Source: Candidatus Altiarchaeota archaeon
GTDB lineage: Archaea > Altiarchaeota > Altiarchaeia > IMC4 > QMZM01
DNA: 14,028 nt
NCBI GenBank assembly: GCA_038891095.1
Contig: JAWAEV010000013.1
Coordinates: 1-14,028 of the forward strand
Direction of reading: 5' to 3'
Within the stretch, counting starts at the first letter, position 1; the number at the start of each line of letters is the position of its first letter. Both the position numbers and the translations under genes were made by a program. This document shows positions 8,009-14,028 of this stretch, piece after piece. The notes beneath the pieces are model-generated. The model ran no database searches. It had not been told where the DNA came from and saw only the letters and a list, made by a program, of their open reading frames with translations.

Positions 8009-10177
8009 TTATGCAGTGAATATCGTTGTCTCTGTAGTGCACTTGTATTTTTGCTCATCAAATACTGGACCTTCACAGAGTGTTATTGAAAGTTCATAGT
8101 CTCTACCTTTAATAAGGTTTAATTGTTTCTCTTCTCCAATTCTTAGTTCATAAATTCCATTACTAATGACATCATTGAAAATTTGTGCCCAAGAAGCTAA
8201 TGGTGTATAAGTATCGGTTATAACAACTTTCAAGCTTCCATGTAATAAATTCCTTTCACCTTTTAATGTTAAAATTGTTGGTGTTGGTAACTTTTGTGCA
8301 TAGCCTTCATCAATTTTCTCATTGTCTACATATATATTATCTTTATCTGCTGTAACGCTACCAACACCTGTTCCTTGTAGCTCATCATAAGTATCTTCAA
8401 TAACCTCTATTGAGCCTATAGGCCCACGAGCATGAGTTACCCATACATACTCTGGATCAATTTCAACTTCTCTAACAACAGTATAATTGCCTATACTAAG
8501 TGATGGTCTAAGAGAGATATTTAGGGTGTAATTAAATGTTGGTCTCACGATATATTGAGCAACTAAGGGATTACAATAAGGCTCAACATTCTTGAATTCT
8601 CTATTCTGGTTAACACAAGTTTGATTTATATAAGGATCAGTTGCACTCCATCTGAGGAACCAGAATTTCCATCTTATTGGCAAGTAGTCAGTTGAATCGA
8701 ATCCTTGCTTCAATGGAACTGTAATGTTGTAGAATATGGTTATGTTTGCTACTCCACTCAAAAATCTTCCAGTCATGTTTTCAAAGCGTATCACTTGGTC
8801 ATTTCTTCTTACAAATCTTTCCCATATCCAGTGTGTTGTTGTATTTATCTCTGTGACAAAAATTTTGACTGTGTTTAAAGTTGAATTAACAACAAGGACA
8901 TGATATGTTATGTTATCTAACTTCTCACATAATGCATCTTGTACATAATTTGCAGTACAATTTGTCATATTTCTAATTTCTCCAGCTTTTAAATTTATTT
9001 CTTCTAAAGTAACATTCATTCCAAGTAATCTTGCATGTAGGCTATTGTTTGTATTTGTTATTAACTCTACAATAGTATCATTGTGTGAAAACAGCTCATT
9101 TTCCATTCTTGTTATGTTCTCTCTTAAGAATTGTGTCCAGTTCATTATATACTTTAGTCTCTGGCAAATTGAGTAATTTTCTTGATTAACTATTGCATAG
9201 TCAGAACAATTTAATGTATTATAAATCCAGTCAGTATCATTTAAAATTTTTGAAATGTTTTCATTCATTCCTTGTAAATATGGATAAACAGTTCCTGTGA
9301 GATAGTCATAAATGTTTGTTGTATTGTATTGAGTTGCTCTTAAAAATCTTAAAGCTGCTGATGAGGTATAAATTATTGCATAATCTAAAGCAAATGCATT
9401 GTCATAGACTTCTAAAACAAATGTGTTTTGTCCTGTTTGTAGTATACTCACATTCACTATCTCAGTTTTCATAGCTTCAGAACTTCTGTCAAAATTCCAG
9501 TTTTTGAATACATAGTAACCATTTATTGAAAGATTTACCCTAGTTGTTGCTGAAGTTCCATAAGGTGCTGTGATCAATTCGACTGTTAAGTTATCTAAAG
9601 GTATTTGCTCAAGATAGAAATAATATGTTCTTGAAGTTCCTGTTGAGAGAACCTCATAAATTTTATCATGAGATGTCAAATTCTGATCAACAGTTGTAAG
9701 ATCATTGGAAACAACATACAAATTCTTACCAAAACTTGTAAGAATATTACCGGTTAATTTCTTTGTTAAAGTTGCTGTTAAATTTGTTGAATAAGTAGTT
9801 GCATTTATCTCTCTCAAGAATTCTAAGGAGCTAATATTTAACTTCTGCAATGTTGTGTTTATTAAATCTAAATACCAGCATTTTGTTCCAACCTCTGCAA
9901 TATGGTTATCCTTAGTACAGTTCTCTCTATCAAATAGATATGAAACATTCCAAAGAGTTCTCCATGTTGTGTAATTTATCTCTGCTAAGTAATCATACAC
10001 ATCAGGAACATAAACATCTTCTGTTACAGTGACATTTCTTAACTCTCCTGATGAAGAGCCAACAATATTCTCAGAAAATACAAAATTAGATGCAAACAAA
10101 GCTAAGAACACTAAAGCTAAAAAACTAACCATAAGAGCCCCGCTAAATACCCTGCCAATTTTATTTATTTGTTCCAT
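8009..10177 (-). CDS. Secreted coiled-coil glycoprotein with probable beta-sandwich (CBM-like) insert and conserved C-terminal domain; function unknown
   Basis: N-terminal hydrophobic signal, many N-x-S/T sequons, amphipathic helices broken by Cys pairs (NCSDYAIVNQENYSIC, NCTANYVQDALC). The C-terminal ~90 aa are homologous to those of the 824-aa protein, and 8393-8503 is homologous to the ORF at the right edge. Confidence 0.85.
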   Translation of the reverse strand: MEQINKIGRVFSGALMVSFLALVFLALFASNFVFSENIVGSSSGELRNVTVTEDVYVPDVYDYLAEINYTTWRTLWNVSYLFDRENCTKDNHIAEVGTKCWYLDLINTTLQKLNISSLEFLREINATTYSTNLTATLTKKLTGNILTSFGKNLYVVSNDLTTVDQNLTSHDKIYEVLSTGTSRTYYFYLEQIPLDNLTVELITAPYGTSATTRVNLSINGYYVFKNWNFDRSSEAMKTEIVNVSILQTGQNTFVLEVYDNAFALDYAIIYTSSAALRFLRATQYNTTNIYDYLTGTVYPYLQGMNENISKILNDTDWIYNTLNCSDYAIVNQENYSICQRLKYIMNWTQFLRENITRMENELFSHNDTIVELITNTNNSLHARLLGMNVTLEEINLKAGEIRNMTNCTANYVQDALCEKLDNITYHVLVVNSTLNTVKIFVTEINTTTHWIWERFVRRNDQVIRFENMTGRFLSGVANITIFYNITVPLKQGFDSTDYLPIRWKFWFLRWSATDPYINQTCVNQNREFKNVEPYCNPLVAQYIVRPTFNYTLNISLRPSLSIGNYTVVREVEIDPEYVWVTHARGPIGSIEVIEDTYDELQGTGVGSVTADKDNIYVDNEKIDEGYAQKLPTPTILTLKGERNLLHGSLKVVITDTYTPLASWAQIFNDVISNGIYELRIGEEKQLNLIKGRDYELSITLCEGPVFDEQKYKCTTETTIFTA

Positions 10178-10229
10178 TTTAATTTTATTTTTACTTTTTG
10201 AATTTTTTATTTTGAACTTTCTTAGGGGT

Positions 10230-10265
10230 TTAAAAATTTTGCATTTGAGTATAAATACTTTTCGG
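10230..10265 (-). promoter_or_regulatory. BRE-TATA promoter of the 722-aa gene
   Basis: Minus strand reads CCGAAAAG TATTTATA CTCAAATG CAAAATTTTTAA. Confidence 0.7.
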
Positions 10266-10269
10266 TTTT

Positions 10270-10536
10270 TTAAACTTTTATCTCTTTGACACGGAAGTAT
10301 TTTACAACTGTTTTTGTTGTTGGATCTATTAGCAGCATTATTCCTTCTTTTTCTGAGTTATATTCAACTTTGTAGATTTCTTTTGAGTTTATATTAGAGT
10401 AGATTGCTGGTGAAGTTGCAATCAATGAGCGAAGAGCAGTTTCATCTAAGAAGGTTACTTTTGATTTATAAAGAGGATTTTCTCTCATGAACTCTTTTGT
10501 TAAGGGATGCTGCGAGGCTATCTTTAAAATTTCCAC
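10270..10536 (-). CDS. Small PepSY-like domain protein; paralog of 10606-11037 lacking the membrane anchor (possibly a 5'-truncated remnant)
   Basis: 46/88 identities without gaps (hand count) to the C-terminal domain of the upstream 143-aa protein. The start is GTG. Similarity continues a few codons upstream (KFTD versus KLTD) towards an in-frame TGA at 10564-10566. Confidence 0.6.
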   Translation of the reverse strand: MEILKIASQHPLTKEFMRENPLYKSKVTFLDETALRSLIATSPAIYSNINSKEIYKVEYNSEKEGIMLLIDPTTKTVVKYFRVKEIKV

Positions 10537-10605
10537 ATCTGTAAATTTTAATTTTGTGTTAGCTCAGAGCTCAGCTAAAGTTTGTGGAATGCACAACTTG
10601 AAAAT

Positions 10606-11037
10606 TTAGAAGGAAATTTCCTTAACTCTGTAGTATTTTAAAATTTTTTGTGTTTCAGGGTCAAGTAGAAGAAGTATGCCTTCATCCCTTGCTTTATATT
10701 CCACCTTATAAAGCGCTCTAACATTTAGGCCCCCATAAATTGCTGGCGCTGTTGCTGCTAAAGATTTTAGCATTGTCGCATCAACAAAGGTTATCTTTGT
10801 TTCATATTTTGGATTTCTTGCAACAAAGTCTTTTGTTATTGGCTCTCTGCTTGTAATAGATAAAATTTGTGCATCTGTAAGTTTTTTCGCCTCAATAGGC
10901 TTCTCTTTTTCTTTGGAGAGCATTGGTAAAACAAAAATTACAAATAAAATTACTGCTATAACTAAAGCAACTGCAAAAATAATTTTTGGTTCGACTGGGA
11001 ATTTAAATTCCTTCTTTTCAGATTTCTGAAGTGTCAT
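10606..11037 (-). CDS. Single-pass membrane protein with C-terminal PepSY-like domain
   Basis: TM helix IIFAVALVIAVILFVIFVLPML. YKVEY...ILLLLDPETQKILKYY resembles a PepSY-type strand pattern. It starts 13 nt after the stop of the 824-aa gene. Confidence 0.8.
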   Translation of the reverse strand: MTLQKSEKKEFKFPVEPKIIFAVALVIAVILFVIFVLPMLSKEKEKPIEAKKLTDAQILSITSREPITKDFVARNPKYETKITFVDATMLKSLAATAPAIYGGLNVRALYKVEYKARDEGILLLLDPETQKILKYYRVKEISF

Positions 11038-11050
11038 TTTATGCTACATT

Positions 11051-13525
11051 TTATGCTATAAAATATGTTGTGAAAGTCTCGCAAGTGTAGAGTGTTGGAT
11101 CAAATGTTATTCCATCACAAACCGTTATATCCCTTTTATATTTTCTTTTTGGAATTAAACTTAAATCATGAGTACCGCCAATCATTATGTTGAACATATT
11201 ATCATGTATGATATCGTTATATTCATGACTCCAAATAACAAATGGCACATAAGCATCTGTTATATTTACCTGAATACTTCCGACTGAAAGATAGTCATTT
11301 GTGCCCTTTCTTTTAACTTTACCTTGTAAAATTAAAACTGTTGGTATTGGTTGTGTGTATGAGAAATTTCCCCATTTAACCTCATTTATATAATTTACCA
11401 TATTTAAAGTTTCATGGATTGTTCTATTTACTTCTGCTAATAAATCAGCTAAAGAGCCACCTCCAGTGGTTGCGTTTTGTATTAATTCTAAACGATAGCA
11501 AACATCTGAAGGATTAACTGATGTGCAATTAAATTCAATAATTAAACTTTCTACATAATCATGGATTGTTGTTATGTTTGAAAGCAATATATTAACTTTT
11601 GAAGCAATATAAGTTGCATTGTTCAATGTGTCAATTGTTGTTATGTTAATTATTTCAATTAGAGTATTTATATCGCTAATTTTTTTGCATATATCATTCT
11701 CAGAGTTATCACAATCTAATGCTTCAAAAATTGCAGTTGTGTTAGCATTAATTGCATTTATAGTTGTTTCAATATCAAGCAATTTATCCCATATAGTTTT
11801 ATTATGGTCAGTTAAAATTTCTCTTAATAACGAGAGATTACTTTCTATTCTTTCAGCGTAATTGCAAAGGTCAGAGTTGTTGCCAAGATTAGAGCAGTTT
11901 AACATATCTTGAATTTTATTTACTGAGGATTGCAAGTTAGAGATGTATTCACAAATAGGTGAGTCATCAATCCCATCACAATCTAACATCTTTGAAATTG
12001 CGGATGTATCTAAGGTTATAGTGACATTTAAATCAAAGCCAACTTTGAAGCCAGATGTTGCTTGAGTTTTCTTTCCAAGAGGATCAGCCTCAATTAGGAC
12101 AGCATAACTACCATGAAATGCATTTGATGGTATAGTCCAGCTATAGTAATACCACCCAGTTGAAATTTTATTCATTGCAATTGAGTTTAAATCATAAATT
12201 ATTGAAGAACCATTCCAATGAATTACTGTTAAATTTATATATGTATCTGGCTCAATAGGCTCCCCATGGAAAGTTATTAATGCGTATGCTGTTATAGTGT
12301 TGCCTTCCCCATAAATTGTGTCAAGCCCAGCAATACTTATCATAGATGAGGTTCTGTTAATATAGCTAAGTGTAGTGTCAATTCTATGAGTTGTTGTATT
12401 AATCTCATTTAATATTCCGAGCAAAGGACCTGTCGCATTTTGTATTAACTCTAAACGATAGCAAACATCTGAAGGATTAACTGATGTGCAATTAAATTCT
12501 TTTATGAGAATTTCCAAATAGTTTTTCACATCACTAACATTTGAAAGAAGTTCTCTAAGCTGAGGAAGCATTAATGTGACATTATCTAATGTTTTATGTG
12601 TTGTTGAATTCACTTCTTCAAGGAAAATTCTCAACTCATTAACTTTCTTGCAGACATCATTTTCAGAGTTATCACAATCAAGAGCTTCTGATATATTTTC
12701 AACATATGATCTTATTGTATTTGATGTTGATTCTATCAACAATAATTTATTCCACATTGAATAATTCACATCTCTAAGCAAGTTTCTAAGGTCAGAAATA
12801 TTTGTTTCTAAATTTTTTGTGTAGTTACAAATATCTGAATTGTTGCCATTATTTTCACAATTTAGCATATCAAGGATAATTGAAGTTATATTATTCATGT
12901 TTTTCGTATATTCACAAATAGGTGAGTCATCAATCCCATCGCAGTCCATTTGTTCTGTTATTAAGGAAGTGTCAACACTAATTGTCGCATTTATTGTAAA
13001 TCCAACTTTGAAGCCAGATGTTGCTTGAGTTTTCTTTCCAAGAGGATCAGCCTCAATTAAAATGCTATAAGTGCCCTGATGCTTTATGCCAGAAGGAATT
13101 GTCCAATTTAGATAATACCACCCAACAAAAATTTTCGTCATTTGAGTTGAATTTAAGTAAAATTGTAAAGATGAACCATTCCAATGAACTATTGTAATGT
13201 TGCAATATGACTCAGGATCAACTGGGGCTCCATGTAAAGTTATTGATGCAAAAATTGCTATATTGTCACCTTCACCATAGATAGTGTTAACTCCGCCAAT
13301 TGTTATTATTGGCAAAGATCTATTGCTCTGATTTTTTATTTCTTGGATATCAAGCCATTGGGAATATTCATCAGGTCTTGAAATATTTTCAGTCGCTGAA
13401 AATGTTGAGCAATTTGGACCCACACAATTATCAGGAGAAGTTACACTAATAAGTAAAAAGACAGCTACAAGTGAGGAGTATAATAGCAAAAATTCTCTAA
13501 AAAAATTTCGCTTATTTTTTTCCAT
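11051..13525 (-). CDS. Secreted glycoprotein with two ~321-aa repeats (Ig-like domain plus Cys-punctuated coiled coil) and conserved C-terminal domain; function unknown
   Basis: Signal-like N-terminus, duplicated TIYGEG...EADPLGKKTQATSGFKVGF...DCDGIDDSPICEY...NCTSVNPSDVCYRLELIQNAT, and about 38 N-x-S/T sequons by hand count. Confidence 0.88.
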   Translation of the reverse strand: MEKNKRNFFREFLLLYSSLVAVFLLISVTSPDNCVGPNCSTFSATENISRPDEYSQWLDIQEIKNQSNRSLPIITIGGVNTIYGEGDNIAIFASITLHGAPVDPESYCNITIVHWNGSSLQFYLNSTQMTKIFVGWYYLNWTIPSGIKHQGTYSILIEADPLGKKTQATSGFKVGFTINATISVDTSLITEQMDCDGIDDSPICEYTKNMNNITSIILDMLNCENNGNNSDICNYTKNLETNISDLRNLLRDVNYSMWNKLLLIESTSNTIRSYVENISEALDCDNSENDVCKKVNELRIFLEEVNSTTHKTLDNVTLMLPQLRELLSNVSDVKNYLEILIKEFNCTSVNPSDVCYRLELIQNATGPLLGILNEINTTTHRIDTTLSYINRTSSMISIAGLDTIYGEGNTITAYALITFHGEPIEPDTYINLTVIHWNGSSIIYDLNSIAMNKISTGWYYYSWTIPSNAFHGSYAVLIEADPLGKKTQATSGFKVGFDLNVTITLDTSAISKMLDCDGIDDSPICEYISNLQSSVNKIQDMLNCSNLGNNSDLCNYAERIESNLSLLREILTDHNKTIWDKLLDIETTINAINANTTAIFEALDCDNSENDICKKISDINTLIEIINITTIDTLNNATYIASKVNILLSNITTIHDYVESLIIEFNCTSVNPSDVCYRLELIQNATTGGGSLADLLAEVNRTIHETLNMVNYINEVKWGNFSYTQPIPTVLILQGKVKRKGTNDYLSVGSIQVNITDAYVPFVIWSHEYNDIIHDNMFNIMIGGTHDLSLIPKRKYKRDITVCDGITFDPTLYTCETFTTYFIA
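11380..13309 (-). repeat. Intragenic tandem duplication, period 963-966 bp
   Basis: Identical blocks at a 963-bp offset: 12039-12096 = 13002-13059 (58 bp), 11487-11536 = 12450-12499 (50 bp), 11946-11977 = 12909-12940 (32 bp), 11700-11716 = 12663-12679 (17 bp). Outer boundaries are approximate. Confidence 0.92.
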
Positions 13526-13530
13526 TGTTA

Positions 13531-13566
13531 ATTAAAATTTATCATTTGAGTTTTTATACTTTCCTT
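13531..13566 (-). promoter_or_regulatory. BRE-TATA promoter of the 824-aa gene (probably leaderless transcript)
   Basis: Minus strand reads AAGGAAAG TATAAAAA CTCAAATG ATAAATTTTAAT, with the TATA box ending 25 nt upstream of the ATG at 13525. Confidence 0.7.
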
Positions 13567-13571
13567 TTTCA

Positions 13572-14027
13572 TTACTTGTTATACCATTTATCTTTCATTT
13601 GCTCTCCGCCTTTAGATTTTTTCTTTTCAATTAGGATAAATAAAATTAATAAAGCAGTTATCGCAACTGGTAAAACAGTATAAAGGTCCAAATTTAATTT
13701 CCAGCTTTCTCTTTCTTTTGCTGACTTAGCTAATGCTGCTATGACCTTTGCTCTTTTTTCAGTTGTTGTTGTAATTTGTTGAGTTGTTGTTATAGGTAAT
13801 AAAATTTGTATTACATATGGCTCTTTCTTCTCTTCTGTAGGTATAGCCATTGTTAATGCTTCTTTCTCTTGCTCAAGAAGCTCTGGCATAGTAACATTGA
13901 TCAATGGCTCAAAATTATCTTCGAGAACAGTTATATTTCCGATAGGACCGTGAGCATAGCTAAGCCATACTTGTTCTGGATCAACTTCAAGCTCTCTGAT
14001 CATAGTATAGTTACCTCTTTTTAGAGA
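13572..14027 (-). CDS. C-terminal part of a membrane-anchored surface protein related to the 722-aa protein (5' end outside the window)
   Basis: The frame is open to the window edge (SLKRGNYT-MIRELEVDPEQVW...), so ATG 14003 is internal. 23/37 identities to SLSIGNYTVVREVEIDPEYVWVTHARGPIGSIEVIED of the 722-aa protein. Thr-rich linker, TM helix VLPVAITALLILFILI and basic tail EKKKSK. Confidence 0.85.
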   Translation of the reverse strand, partial: SLKRGNYTMIRELEVDPEQVWLSYAHGPIGNITVLEDNFEPLINVTMPELLEQEKEALTMAIPTEEKKEPYVIQILLPITTTQQITTTTEKRAKVIAALAKSAKERESWKLNLDLYTVLPVAITALLILFILIEKKKSKGGEQMKDKWYNK

Positions 14028-14028
14028 A

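Noticed and set aside
10537-10608. Stop-codon readthrough or selenocysteine joining the two PepSY-like ORFs
   Set aside because: It would need passage through both TAA and TGA. The TGA does not align to a Cys in the paralog, no archaeal SECIS is recognisable, and TGA is used as a normal stop at 4308-4310. Sharing a frame has a one-in-three chance.
10858-10868. AGATAAAATTT, a perfect complement of the sRNA D' guide
   Set aside because: It is on the non-coding strand of the 143-aa gene and is a low-complexity AT-rich 11-mer likely to occur by chance.
5462-13028. Short plus-strand ORFs 5462-5695, 6782-7102, 10029-10289, 11619-11861, 12576-12764 and 12840-13028
   Set aside because: They lie antisense to long minus-strand genes and have the Ser/Ile/Phe-rich composition expected from reverse-complemented AT-rich codons.
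11487-13059. Identical repeat blocks as a DGR template/variable pair or a CRISPR array
   Set aside because: The blocks are in frame within one duplicated coding unit at constant offset. There is no reverse transcriptase in the window, no obvious adenine-specific mismatch pattern and no repeat-spacer periodicity.
14001-14003. ATG at 14003 as the true start of the 143-aa edge ORF
   Set aside because: The frame stays open to the window edge and homology to the 722-aa protein (SL..GNYT) continues upstream of this ATG.
8009-14028. Identification as hamus, archaellum/type IV pilus, or archaeosortase (PGF-CTERM) substrates
   Set aside because: No class III signal peptides, no recognisable S-layer-type hamus domains, and no PGF motif before the C-terminal TM helix.

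Overview
AT-rich (roughly 30% GC by eye) archaeal chromosomal segment. Archaeal origin is supported by BRE-TATA promoters, a box C/D sRNA and Dph2. A DPANN-type lineage such as Altiarchaeota is an inference from protein style only. The left part holds a large secreted Cys/Thr-rich surface protein running off the window edge (missed by the ORF track), a divergent RHH-fused sugar-phosphate nucleotidyltransferase plus phosphomannomutase, an unannotated box C/D sRNA whose D guide fits C34 of a CAU-anticodon (pre-)tRNA-Met, and a short Dph2. The right part (5032-14028, all minus strand) is a cluster that may encode an uncharacterised surface/translocation apparatus. It contains a single-pass membrane HerA/FtsK-type ATPase with a large extracellular coiled-coil/Ig region, two secreted sequon-rich coiled-coil proteins with Cys-pair 'knuckles' and a shared C-terminal domain, a membrane-anchored relative, and two small paralogous PepSY-like proteins. 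Three genes of this cluster have promoters that share the same motif directly downstream of the TATA box. No database searches were possible, so family calls come from motif recognition.
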